From Cocleimonas sp. (GTDB taxonomy: Bacteria > Pseudomonadota > Gammaproteobacteria > Thiotrichales > Thiotrichaceae), in assembly GCA_023145535.1 (NCBI GenBank), contig JAGLDQ010000022.1, positions 1-38,593 of the forward strand: a DNA stretch of 38,593 bases. The letters are read 5' to 3'. The notes below the pieces were generated by a model. It was given only the letters and a program-made list of their open reading frames with translations. It ran no database searches and was not told the DNA's origin. Positions 25,750 to 35,470 of the stretch are shown here, piece after piece. The first letter of the stretch is position 1, and each line of letters opens with the position of its first letter. A program made the position numbers and the translations under genes.

Positions 25750-26406
25750 ATGTCTACCATTGCTATCATTAATTACAACATGGGCAACTTGCACTCTGTC
25801 AGCAAGGCGCTAGAGCATGTTGCCCCAGAAGGGACGAAGGTTATGTTGACTTCTTCCCCTGATGAAATTCTTGCCGCAGACCATGTTGTTTTTCCCGGTC
25901 AAGGTGCCGCGCGTGATTGCATGAAGGAGCTAAATAAAGCGGGCTTGATTGATGTGATTCGAGAAGCCGCTGCTAGCAAGCCCTTTTTAGGTATTTGTAT
26001 GGGCATGCAAGTTTTGATGGAACACAGCGAAGAACATGAGGGGATTGACTGTATGGGTGTTTATAAAGGCAATACACAGGCGTTCGCGGGTAGAATTGCG
26101 GCTAAAGATACCTCTGGTGAGCGTTTAAAAATTCCTCAAATGGGCTGGAATCGTATTCTACAGACACAGCCTGATCATCCGTTATGGAAAGGGATTGAGG
26201 ATGGCTCACGTTTCTATTTTGTGCACAGCTATTTTGTTGATCCTACAGATCAATCACTGGAGGCGGGGATGACGGACTATGGGCTAAACTATGCTTCTGC
26301 CATTGCTAAAGAGAATGTCTTTGCGATACAAGCACATCCTGAGAAAAGTGCAGACAACGGCTTGCAATTACTTAAAAACTTCACCGAATGGAATGGAACA
26401 GTATAA
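25750..26406 (+). CDS. hisH: Imidazole glycerol phosphate synthase, glutamine amidotransferase subunit
   Basis: Motifs IAIINYNMGNLHSV, GICMGMQ (catalytic Cys) and QAHPEKS (His/Glu). Confidence 0.95.
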   Translation: MSTIAIINYNMGNLHSVSKALEHVAPEGTKVMLTSSPDEILAADHVVFPGQGAARDCMKELNKAGLIDVIREAAASKPFLGICMGMQVLMEHSEEHEGIDCMGVYKGNTQAFAGRIAAKDTSGERLKIPQMGWNRILQTQPDHPLWKGIEDGSRFYFVHSYFVDPTDQSLEAGMTDYGLNYASAIAKENVFAIQAHPEKSADNGLQLLKNFTEWNGTV

Positions 26407-27138
26407 ATGTTATTACTCCCCGCAATTGATTTAAAAGATGGGCAATGTGTACGTCTACGCCAAGGTCGTATGGAAGACACGACTGTATTTTCTGATAGCC
26501 CTGTCGATACCGCAACACGCTGGGTAGAAGCAGGCGCAAAGCGTTTGCATCTAGTGGATTTGAATGGTGCTTTTGATGGTAAACCGGTTAATAGTGATAG
26601 CGTTCAAGCCATCGCTAAAAAATTCCCAGATCTACCGATTCAAATTGGTGGTGGAATTCGTGATGCAGAGACCGTACAAGCTTATTTAGATGCTGGCGTT
26701 AGGTATTGTATTATTGGTACTAAAGCCGTTGAAGATCCTGACTTTGTCATTTCACTGTGCCAACAATTTCCTGATCATATTATTGTTGGTATTGATGCGA
26801 AAAATGGCATGGTCGCAACCGATGGCTGGGCAGAAGTTTCTACTGTTTCAGCCATTGATTTAGCCAAAAAATTTGAGCAGGCAGGTGTTTCTGCGATTGT
26901 TTATACGGATATATCACGCGATGGCATGATGACAGGCGTTAATATTGAAGCGACGGTTGAACTCGCTAAAAGCATCTCTATTCCTGTGATTGCATCTGGC
27001 GGTGTGACGAATATGGATGATATTATAGAGCTGTGTAAAGTAGAAGCAGCAGGGATTAGTGGTACAATTTTAGGACGTTCTATTTATGAAGGAACGATTG
27101 ATCTTGCTGAAGCGCATCACTATGTAGAGTCACTTTAA
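26407..27138 (+). CDS. hisA: ProFAR isomerase
   Basis: Motifs [32 protein letters not shown] and TDISRDGM. The start abuts the hisH stop. Confidence 0.95.
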   Translation: MLLLPAIDLKDGQCVRLRQGRMEDTTVFSDSPVDTATRWVEAGAKRLHLVDLNGAFDGKPVNSDSVQAIAKKFPDLPIQIGGGIRDAETVQAYLDAGVRYCIIGTKAVEDPDFVISLCQQFPDHIIVGIDAKNGMVATDGWAEVSTVSAIDLAKKFEQAGVSAIVYTDISRDGMMTGVNIEATVELAKSISIPVIASGGVTNMDDIIELCKVEAAGISGTILGRSIYEGTIDLAEAHHYVESL

Positions 27139-27465
27139 GTTATACCCTCCTAAAATATAAATATCCGAATAAGCGATTATAGTAGGCTGAAAAATCAGTC
27201 TACAAAAAATGATACCCTCATGATTATTTTTAATAAGTAGTCTGATTATTCTTGATTTTTATCACCTCTTCGAATATTTATCGGAAGCCGTACCCTTGTG
27301 TGTTCAGATGGATAAATAACCCTTCCTTTCTAGGGTGTTTTTTCTATGTCAGTTGATATTTCAGGACGATTATCAACGCTATTTTATCGTTATAATCATC
27401 GGATCCAATAAACCCTCTATTTGTGCTCCCATGCAGAGTCCACTTAAAATATAAGGAGTTCCAAT

Positions 27466-28674
27466 ATGCCAGTTAACCTTCAAGCGCCAACCTCACTTCA
27501 AGCTATTAAAGGTATCTCTCTATCGGCTGTTGAAGCCAATATACGTTATAAAAATCGTAATGATTTAGTCTTGATTAAAATGGTCAATGGTGGCACAGCG
27601 GCGGGCGTTTTTACCCTAAACAAATTTTGCGCCGCACCGGTTACCTTATGCAGAAAGCATTTAGCCCATAGTGCGCCAAGATACTTATTAATTAATGCGG
27701 GCAATGCCAATGCAGGGACGGGTCAAAAAGGGTTGGATAATGCCAAACAAACCTGTGCAATATTGGCAGAAATTGAAAACATCAAGGCAGAAGATGTCCT
27801 ACCTTTCTCCACGGGTGTGATTGGTGAGCAGTTGCCCATTGAACCTTTTTCCTCTCATTTACCCCAAGCACTTGAACAACTTAAAGAAGATAATTGGCTT
27901 TTAGCCGCACAAGGTATAATGACCACCGATACCCTTGCCAAAGGGGTGAGTAAGCAAATTGAAATAGAGGGAAAAATAGTCACAATAACTGGTATTGCAA
28001 AAGGTTCTGGCATGATAGAGCCGAATATGGCGACGCTACTTGCTTTTATTGGTTGTGATGCAAAAGTGGACGCTGAGTTATTACAGCAGGTATTAAATGA
28101 AGCCGTTGCGGACTCTTTTAATGCCATTACCGTTGATGCTGATACCTCTACCAATGACTCACTCATGCTATTGGCATCGGCACAATCAGGCGCAGAAATC
28201 ACCGCTACTAATCGTAACGTTTTTCAACAAGCCATCAATGCTCTTTGCCAGCAATTAGCACAAGCGGTTATTCGTGATGCCGAAGGTGCAACTAAGTTTG
28301 TCACCATTGAAGTAGAATCTGCGCCCGATAAAGACTATGCACGTGAAATTGCCTATACCGTCGCACGCTCTCCTCTGGTAAAAACGGCATTATTTGCCAG
28401 CGACCCTAACTGGGGACGTTTACTTGCCGCGATTGGGCGAAGTCAGGTTAAAGGACTGGATGTTAGTAAAATTTCGCTTTGGCTAGGTGACACACAATTA
28501 CTCAAAACAGGAGAGCCATTAGCAAGTTATACGGAAGAGCAAGGGCAAGCTGAAATGGATAAAGAAGAAATTACTATTCGAATAGCACTGAATGCAGGCA
28601 ACGCCAATGCGCGTATTTGGACCTCTGATTTATCGCATGAATATGTCACTATTAATGCCGACTATCGAAGTTGA
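27466..28674 (+). CDS. argJ: Bifunctional ornithine acetyltransferase / N-acetylglutamate synthase
   Basis: ANAGTG, the self-cleavage site PNMATLLAFI, TVDADTSTND and the C-terminal SHEYVTINADYRS. AAGGAG Shine-Dalgarno upstream. Confidence 0.95.
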   Translation: MPVNLQAPTSLQAIKGISLSAVEANIRYKNRNDLVLIKMVNGGTAAGVFTLNKFCAAPVTLCRKHLAHSAPRYLLINAGNANAGTGQKGLDNAKQTCAILAEIENIKAEDVLPFSTGVIGEQLPIEPFSSHLPQALEQLKEDNWLLAAQGIMTTDTLAKGVSKQIEIEGKIVTITGIAKGSGMIEPNMATLLAFIGCDAKVDAELLQQVLNEAVADSFNAITVDADTSTNDSLMLLASAQSGAEITATNRNVFQQAINALCQQLAQAVIRDAEGATKFVTIEVESAPDKDYAREIAYTVARSPLVKTALFASDPNWGRLLAAIGRSQVKGLDVSKISLWLGDTQLLKTGEPLASYTEEQGQAEMDKEEITIRIALNAGNANARIWTSDLSHEYVTINADYRS

Positions 28675-28704
28675 GTTTAGCTGAAACCTATGGAAAATCA
28701 GAGA

Positions 28705-29421
28705 TTATTTAAAACGAGCCAGCGCATAGCGTGATTTAGGCAACCCCTGCTTTTTTAATCGGTGATATTCAGCCATTACTTTCTTTACATAGTTTTTGGT
28801 TTCACGATAAGGGGGAATACCACCGTATTTCCTTACATTACCTGGTCCTGCATTATAGGCGGCAATCGCAAAACGTTTTTTTCCTTTAAACAGTCGGAGC
28901 ATTTGACCGATGTATTTTACACCGCCTTGAATGTTTTGTTCAGGATTCCAAGGATTGCTAATTTTCATCATATCCGCAGTCCCTGGCATTAATTGCATTA
29001 AACCGATTGCGCCTGCACGTGAATGCGCTCTTTCATTAAAGCAGGATTCTTGTCTTACAATGGCATGGATTAACTCTTCCTCCACGCCATAAGTTCTTGA
29101 ATAAACTTGTATAGTACGTTGATATGCGCGTGCTTTAGCAGCCAAGTGCTGCTTATTACCACAGCCATGCACAATGCCATTGCCTTTGGAGGGTTTTCTA
29201 TATCGCGTTTTTTTCAATACATGCGCCTTGCGAAAGACCGCCTTTTTCTTCTTTTTAATCTTATAAACTTTAACCAGTTTATAACCTTTTTTCTTAATGC
29301 GTTTATCGGTTAGGACAGAGGAACCGTCAGCACTAATATATGAATAAACATTTGCAGGCGTAACCGTGCTACTTAAAAGGAAGATAATGCCAAAAAATAT
29401 TGATATCGGAGTCTTTTTCAT
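28705..29421 (-). CDS. Exported lytic transglycosylase (SLT domain) with a DUF4124-like N-terminal region
   Basis: Signal peptide, then VYSYISADGSSVLTDK, a basic linker, and the SLT core VRQESCFNERAHSRAGAIGLMQLMPGTA...AYNAGPGNV. Confidence 0.85.
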   Translation of the reverse strand: MKKTPISIFFGIIFLLSSTVTPANVYSYISADGSSVLTDKRIKKKGYKLVKVYKIKKKKKAVFRKAHVLKKTRYRKPSKGNGIVHGCGNKQHLAAKARAYQRTIQVYSRTYGVEEELIHAIVRQESCFNERAHSRAGAIGLMQLMPGTADMMKISNPWNPEQNIQGGVKYIGQMLRLFKGKKRFAIAAYNAGPGNVRKYGGIPPYRETKNYVKKVMAEYHRLKKQGLPKSRYALARFK

Positions 29422-29693
29422 AAAAGTATTATAATTTTTATTATTAGGGGGATATTCGGGTGCATTAACGGAATACTAACGCGGTGCCGCTATAATCTCT
29501 AGGCAAAAGCGATCAAGGGGTGGGTAATTAATGACCCTATCCTTTAAATGATACCGTTGTTCTAGCCGTACATAGTGGTGGTGATTGAAGTGAATTATTA
29601 TTAACTTACTGAAAGCAATTGATGACTTCACTAAACATTGTTTTCAATCCTGTTTGTAGGTACTCATAAGGATTTGATATTTACATACACTAA

Positions 29694-29725
29694 GGGATCG
29701 TCTTCGGACGATCCCTTTTTTATTT
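29694..29725 (+). terminator. Strong Rho-independent terminator oriented for the plus strand, with no annotated plus-strand gene upstream
   Basis: A perfect 9-bp stem gggatcgtc (29694-29702) / gacgatccc (29707-29715) closes a ttcg tetraloop and is followed by ttttttattt (29716-25). On the minus strand the hairpin is followed by ttagtgtatg, with no U-tract. Confidence 0.7.
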
Positions 29726-29775
29726 GAGTTTAGCAACAATATTTAACCCACATTTTTTGTTTTAAAATGATGAAA

Positions 29776-32700
29776 CTAAACAATCTCCGCAAACAAACGT
29801 TTAATCCATTGCACTCGCTGCTCTACCGTCTCTAACTCCACTTCAAAATACAGTTTATCCGAACCCACTATTTTATACTCCCAAGGACGTTTTTGTACGA
29901 GCATCATAATTTTCATGGGATCTATCGCGGGTTTTTCATTAAATACAATACGTCCACCATCCTCTCCTGCATCCAACTTTAACACCCCTAATTTCTGCGC
30001 TATTTGTTTTAAACGAGTCACTTCAAATAAAGTATCAACAGGCTCAGGTAGCAAACCAAAGCGGTCTATCATTTCGACGCGCAGATCACGCAATTGTTCT
30101 TCATTTTTGGTACTAGCAATGCGCTTATATAATATGAGACGATTATGCACATCAGGCAAATAGTCATCAGGAATTAATGCAGGTGCGCCTAAATCGACCG
30201 TGGTTCGTGTTTCATGCCCATCTTCTTCGGGCAAATCACCCCGCTTGAGGGCTTTGACGGCGCGCTCTAATAATTCATTATAAAGTGAGAAACCAATTTC
30301 CTGAATTTGTCCACTTTGCTCATCACCCAATAACTCACCTGCACCCCGTATTTCTAAATCATGCGATGCCAGTGTGAAACCGACCCCCAGTTCTTCTAAT
30401 GACTCAATTGCTTCTAAACGTTTTTTAGCATCACCTGTCAGGACTTTTTCGCTGGGGATAATGAGATAAGCATAGGCTTTATGGTGAGAGCGACCAACCC
30501 GTCCACGTAGTTGATGTAGCTGCGCCAAGCCTAGTTTATCAGCACGATTGATGATAATCGTATTAGCCGTCGGTACATCAATCCCACTTTCAATAATGGT
30601 GGTCGCAACCAGCACATGAAAGCGTTGATGATAAAAATCTTTCATAATGCCTTCGAGTTCTTTCTCAGACATTTGCCCATGAGCAAAACGCACGTCCGCA
30701 TTCGGTAGATAATCACTGATTTGATCGGTAATTTTCTGGATGGTTTTAACTTCATTATGCAGAATATAAATCTGTCCCCCTCGTGATAACTCACGCGCAC
30801 AGGCTTCTTGAATCAGAGCTTTGTCCCACTCTTTAACAAAGGTTTTAATCGCATGACGTTGGGCAGGTGCGGTGGCGATTATGCTGAGATCACGTAGCCC
30901 TGATAGGGACATATTTAAAGTACGCGGAATCGGCGTTGCTGTCATGGTCAACATATCCACATTCGCGCGTAGCTTTTTTAATTGTTCTTTATGGCGTACA
31001 CCAAAGCGGTGTTCTTCATCAATGATCACTAAGCCTAAATCTTTATAGTGAACATCTTTGGATAAGAGTTTATGCGTACCAATGACAATATCAACCTTGC
31101 CACTTTTTAATTTTGCGATCGTTTCTCTGGTTTGTTTTGGCGTGCGAAAACGTGACAATGTTTCGATTTGAAATGGCCAATCCGCAAAACGGTCGCGAAA
31201 ATTTTGCGTGTGCTGTTGGACGAGTAACGTTGTTGGCGCAATCATCGCCACCTGTTTTCCACCATTGGCAGCGAGGAAAGCAGCCCGCATCGCGACTTCT
31301 GTTTTGCCAAAGCCAACATCACCACAAACCACACGATCCATTGGGCGAATTGAGATGAGATCTGCTTTGACGGCCTCAATCGCTTGTGCCTGATCAGGCG
31401 TTTCTTCAAAGGGAAAAGCGTCAGAAAAGGCATGATAGTCCAACGCATTGACATCATAGGCATGACCTTGCAATGCCGCGCGACGGGCATTAATCTCTAA
31501 TAATTCGGCGGCAATATCATACGCGCGTTTTGCCGCTTTTTTACGAATTTTATCCCATTGCTCTGTCCCTAATTTATGCAAAGGGGCTTTTTCTGGGCTA
31601 GCGCCACTGTAGCGACTAATTAAATGGAGCGAAGAAACTGGCACGTAAAGTTTATCGCCTTTGGAATACGCTAGGGTAATAAACTCTTGCTCTATGCCCC
31701 CCGCTTCGAGCTTTTTCATCCCCCTATAACGCCCAATGCCATGCTCTTCATGCACGACGGGCGAGCCTTCATGCAAATCAGTCAAATTGCCGATAATGGC
31801 TTCAGCATCACGGGTTGCTTTGCGCTTACGACGGCGTTCTTGTTGTACTTTTTGCCCAAAAATTAAACCTTCAGGGATAATGGCTAACTCGCCCTGTTGT
31901 TCTTCATTTTTTAACCATAAGCCATTTTCTAACGGCGCAACCGTGACACTGAGTTTGCTACTGCCTTGCAAAAAATTTTGCCAGTCTTGACTCGTACTTG
32001 CGGGGTATTGATTATCACGTAATAAACTGAGTAAATTCTCACGCCTCCCTGCGGATTCCGCCGTAAAAAGCACTCGTCCTTGATGCACCGCTAAAAACTG
32101 TTGTAACAACATTAAGGGGCGTTCAGCACGCGCCTGCAATAATAGGGAGGGAAGCGTATGCGTTGGATAATTATGGCTATCAGTGGTATTTTCTTGCTCG
32201 AAGGAATGCGTTTGGATGCGCCGCAATTGATCAAAGGCTTGGTTTAATTGTTCTGTATTAAGAAATAAGGTATCAGGGGCTAAAATGGGGCGCTCAATAT
32301 CATGACGACGCTGCTCATGGCGCTCAACAACATTTTGACTAAAGCTTTCCGCCGCTGGTTGTATATCGTGACTATAAATTAACAGAGTTTTTTCAGGAAG
32401 GTAATCAAACAAGGTGGCTGTTTGTTTAAAAAATAATGGTAAATAATATTCAATACCCGCCGGTGGATTGCCATTACTAACATTGTCATAAATTTGACTA
32501 CGCGCCAGATCTCCTCCCAGTTTTTCAGCATAGTGGGTGCGAAAGGTTTGAATCCCTTCGGCGTTTAACGGAAATTCTTGCGCTGGAAGCAATTCAATTT
32601 TATCCAGTTGCTTAATCGTGCGCTGATCTTCAGGGTTAAAACTGCGTAATGAATCAACTTCATCATCAAATAAATCAATACGAACAGGATGCTGGCTGCC

Positions 32701-33228
32701 CATAGGGAATAGATCGATTAATGAGCCACGCGTTGCGTATTCGCCATGCTCCATCACTTGGGTTACATGACGATAACCTGTTTCCTCCAATTGCAGTCGC
32801 ATGAGTTCTATATCAAGTGTATCGCCTTTTTCCAGTAAAAAGGTATTGCTACGAATATAGTGAGTCGGCGCAAGGCGATGCATTAAGGTCGTGACAGGGA
32901 CAATTAAAACACCCTGCTGTGTCGCTGATAGCTGATAAAGTGCTTTAAGCCGCTCAGAAATCAGGTCTTCATGGGGCGAAAATACATCATATGGCAATGT
33001 TTCCCAGTCGGGAAAAATATGGATATTTTCAATATTAGAAAAAAAGCGAATATTAGCTTCTGCTTGATAAGCCGTTTGACTATCAGGCGTTACCAGTAAA
33101 ATAAGCCCTTTATATTCCTGTACGGTATTGGCGATTAACAGATCTTTAGCACAACCATGTAACTGCCCCCAGTCAATGCTGTTTTTTTGTTTTTCAGGAT
33201 AAAGAGGATTTATAATGGGATGAGCCAT
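29776..33228 (-). CDS. mfd: Transcription-repair coupling factor
   Basis: 1150 aa. It has a UvrB-homology N-terminus, an RNAP-interaction domain, the superfamily-2 helicase motifs GDVGFGKTEVA, DEEHRFGV, TATPIPRT and QLHQLRGRVGR, and a TRG-motif region. Confidence 0.95.
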   Translation of the reverse strand: MAHPIINPLYPEKQKNSIDWGQLHGCAKDLLIANTVQEYKGLILLVTPDSQTAYQAEANIRFFSNIENIHIFPDWETLPYDVFSPHEDLISERLKALYQLSATQQGVLIVPVTTLMHRLAPTHYIRSNTFLLEKGDTLDIELMRLQLEETGYRHVTQVMEHGEYATRGSLIDLFPMGSQHPVRIDLFDDEVDSLRSFNPEDQRTIKQLDKIELLPAQEFPLNAEGIQTFRTHYAEKLGGDLARSQIYDNVSNGNPPAGIEYYLPLFFKQTATLFDYLPEKTLLIYSHDIQPAAESFSQNVVERHEQRRHDIERPILAPDTLFLNTEQLNQAFDQLRRIQTHSFEQENTTDSHNYPTHTLPSLLLQARAERPLMLLQQFLAVHQGRVLFTAESAGRRENLLSLLRDNQYPASTSQDWQNFLQGSSKLSVTVAPLENGLWLKNEEQQGELAIIPEGLIFGQKVQQERRRKRKATRDAEAIIGNLTDLHEGSPVVHEEHGIGRYRGMKKLEAGGIEQEFITLAYSKGDKLYVPVSSLHLISRYSGASPEKAPLHKLGTEQWDKIRKKAAKRAYDIAAELLEINARRAALQGHAYDVNALDYHAFSDAFPFEETPDQAQAIEAVKADLISIRPMDRVVCGDVGFGKTEVAMRAAFLAANGGKQVAMIAPTTLLVQQHTQNFRDRFADWPFQIETLSRFRTPKQTRETIAKLKSGKVDIVIGTHKLLSKDVHYKDLGLVIIDEEHRFGVRHKEQLKKLRANVDMLTMTATPIPRTLNMSLSGLRDLSIIATAPAQRHAIKTFVKEWDKALIQEACARELSRGGQIYILHNEVKTIQKITDQISDYLPNADVRFAHGQMSEKELEGIMKDFYHQRFHVLVATTIIESGIDVPTANTIIINRADKLGLAQLHQLRGRVGRSHHKAYAYLIIPSEKVLTGDAKKRLEAIESLEELGVGFTLASHDLEIRGAGELLGDEQSGQIQEIGFSLYNELLERAVKALKRGDLPEEDGHETRTTVDLGAPALIPDDYLPDVHNRLILYKRIASTKNEEQLRDLRVEMIDRFGLLPEPVDTLFEVTRLKQIAQKLGVLKLDAGEDGGRIVFNEKPAIDPMKIMMLVQKRPWEYKIVGSDKLYFEVELETVEQRVQWIKRLFAEIV

Positions 33229-33444
33229 GACTTGATGCCTTGGGGGGTAGTTATATTTAAAAATTGCAAAATTGTACTCTTTTGCTTACTTTCTTGCGAT
33301 GTTATTTATCCCTAAATGGTTTATTATGAACGACAAATACAAATAAAGTTAGCTACCTATTATACCATTGCCTCAGATCTACGCCTATTCTGTAGATTTA
33401 AATAAGCGTCATGATTTTTTGACTTTAATTATAAGGATTTTATT

Positions 33445-34227
33445 TTGATTGCCACACAATCTGCTTTAGAGCTAAAGGGTGAAATGTTGATGCTAAACGT
33501 GTTGCGTTTGCAAGACGTTGATATCGAATTGATTGAAACCACCTTACAACAAAAACGTGCAGAAGCTCCCTTATTCTTTGTTCAAAGCCCTGTTGTAGTA
33601 GACTGCTCTAGCTTAACAGAAGAACAAGGCAGCCAGCTTGATCTACGTGCATTGCGACGCTTGCTGGTTAAAATGGATTTTGTACCAGTGGGTTTACGTA
33701 ATGTTTCTAATGCTATGTTAGCGGCATCAATAACAGCGGGTTGGAATGTATTGCGCGCCTCAGCAAAACAGTCACCTAAACAAGAGGTTACCATTGAACT
33801 TTCTGAAGATACCTTTGTTTATGACGAAATGGCCGAAGAAAAAAAGAAAAAAGAAGCCAATATGGCTGAATTTGCGAATGAAGATCAATCACCACAAAAA
33901 CAAGGGTTAACCATTGAACGCCCCATTCGTTCTGGACAACAGATTTATGCTAAAAATGGCGATTTGATTATATTGTCGCAAACCAGTGCCGGATCGGAGG
34001 TGATGGCGGATGGCTCTATTCATGTTTATGGCCCACTGCGTGGCCGCGTTCTTGCAGGGGTTAAAGGGGATAAAAAAGCACGTATTTTTTGTCGCTCACT
34101 CGAAGCCGAATTAATTGTTATTGCGGGCTGTTATCAATTACTGGATGAAAGTGATACCGAATTAAAAGGCAAACCTGCAATGATCTATTTAGAAGATGAA
34201 AAATTGATTATAAAATCAATTAAATAA
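33445..34227 (+). CDS. minC: Septum site-determining protein MinC
   Basis: N-terminus ELKGEMLMLNVLRL, a charged linker, and the C-terminal beta-helix (RSGQQIYAKNGDLIILSQTSAGSEVMADGSIHVYGPLRGRVLAG). TTG start preceded by AAGGA. Confidence 0.9.
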   Translation: MIATQSALELKGEMLMLNVLRLQDVDIELIETTLQQKRAEAPLFFVQSPVVVDCSSLTEEQGSQLDLRALRRLLVKMDFVPVGLRNVSNAMLAASITAGWNVLRASAKQSPKQEVTIELSEDTFVYDEMAEEKKKKEANMAEFANEDQSPQKQGLTIERPIRSGQQIYAKNGDLIILSQTSAGSEVMADGSIHVYGPLRGRVLAGVKGDKKARIFCRSLEAELIVIAGCYQLLDESDTELKGKPAMIYLEDEKLIIKSIK

Positions 34228-34288
34228 GATATAAAACTAAGTAACTGCTCAGGTTACAGAACTAATTTAGATATTTTGGAGAATAGAA

Positions 34289-35095
34289 TTGAGTAAAGTA
34301 ATTGTTGTTACGTCAGGCAAAGGCGGCGTTGGAAAAACAACCACTAGTGCTGCATTTGCCGCCGGCTTAGCAAGCAAAGGACACCGCACTGCCGTTATTG
34401 ATTTTGATGTAGGTTTACGTAACCTTGACTTAATTATGGGGGTTGAGCGACGCGTTGTTTATGATTTTGTTAATGTTATTAACGGCGAAGCAACACTGCG
34501 TCAGGCACTGATTAAAGATAAACGCGTTGATAACCTCTTTATTCTACCCGCATCACAAACGCGGGATAAAGATGCGCTAACAAAAGAAGGCGTTGAAAGC
34601 GTTATTAATGAGCTAAAAACAGATGGCTTTGAATATATCGTTTGTGATTCACCCGCTGGCATAGAAAAAGGTGCATTTATGGCACTTTATTTTGCTGATG
34701 AGGCCATCATTGTCACGAATCCTGAAGTTTCCTCTGTGCGTGACTCAGATCGCATACTCGGCATCTTGCAGAGTAAATCCCGTGCAGCAGAGGATGGTAA
34801 TGTGGTTAAGGAGCATCTTGTTATTACCCGCTACTCTCCAGAGCGAGTCGATTTGGGCGACATGATTAGTCTTGAGGATATTGTCGATATTTTATCAGTC
34901 CCCTTACTGGCCGTTATTCCAGAGTCTGACTCTGTTTTACAGGCATCCAATAATGGTGTTCCCGTCATTATGAATCTAGAAAGTCAAGCAGGACAAGCTT
35001 ATATGGATATGACTAGTCGCTTTCTAGGTGAAGATGTGCCACACCGCTTTTTAGATATTGAAAAGAAAGGCTTCTTTAAGAAGCTATTCGGATAG
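34289..35095 (+). CDS. minD: Septum site-determining ATPase MinD
   Basis: The deviant Walker A is VVTSGKGGVGKTT. The C-terminal amphipathic membrane-targeting helix is KKGFFKKLFG. Confidence 0.95.
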   Translation: MSKVIVVTSGKGGVGKTTTSAAFAAGLASKGHRTAVIDFDVGLRNLDLIMGVERRVVYDFVNVINGEATLRQALIKDKRVDNLFILPASQTRDKDALTKEGVESVINELKTDGFEYIVCDSPAGIEKGAFMALYFADEAIIVTNPEVSSVRDSDRILGILQSKSRAAEDGNVVKEHLVITRYSPERVDLGDMISLEDIVDILSVPLLAVIPESDSVLQASNNGVPVIMNLESQAGQAYMDMTSRFLGEDVPHRFLDIEKKGFFKKLFG

Positions 35096-35103
35096 GAGGC
35101 ATC

Positions 35104-35364
35104 ATGGGATTGTTTGATATCTTTAGGCGAGATAGAAAGAAAAATAGCGCCAATATAGCGAAGGAACGCTTGCAGATATTAATTGCGCATGAGCACGCGA
35201 GTAGAACGGGTGCTCCTGATTATTTTCCTAAAATGCGTGATGAAATCATGGATGTGATCCGCAAATATGTCGAGGTTGAAGATAAAAGTGTGAATGTTAA
35301 CCTTGAAAAAGGTGATGATTATGATGTGTTAGAGCTAAATATCACATTACCTGAACGACGCTAG
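35104..35364 (+). CDS. minE: Cell division topological specificity factor MinE
   Basis: 86 aa with NSANIAKERLQILIAHE near the N-terminus. It is the third gene of the minCDE set. Confidence 0.95.
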   Translation: MGLFDIFRRDRKKNSANIAKERLQILIAHEHASRTGAPDYFPKMRDEIMDVIRKYVEVEDKSVNVNLEKGDDYDVLELNITLPERR

Positions 35365-35470
35365 CCAATTTGGATGAATTTAGGAAAAAATTGAAATCAA
35401 AGTGGTCGGTGCGATTAATTATTTATCAAGTCCCATAGATCACATGCTTTTATAGAAGACTGGAAAGAAG

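Noticed and set aside
27139-27465. hisA is followed by a 327-bp gap and argJ rather than hisF
   Set aside because: Split his operons are common outside enterics. The gap shows stops in all frames and no hisF remnant, only a weak hairpin (about 27318-27346). This is gene-order variation, not a system.
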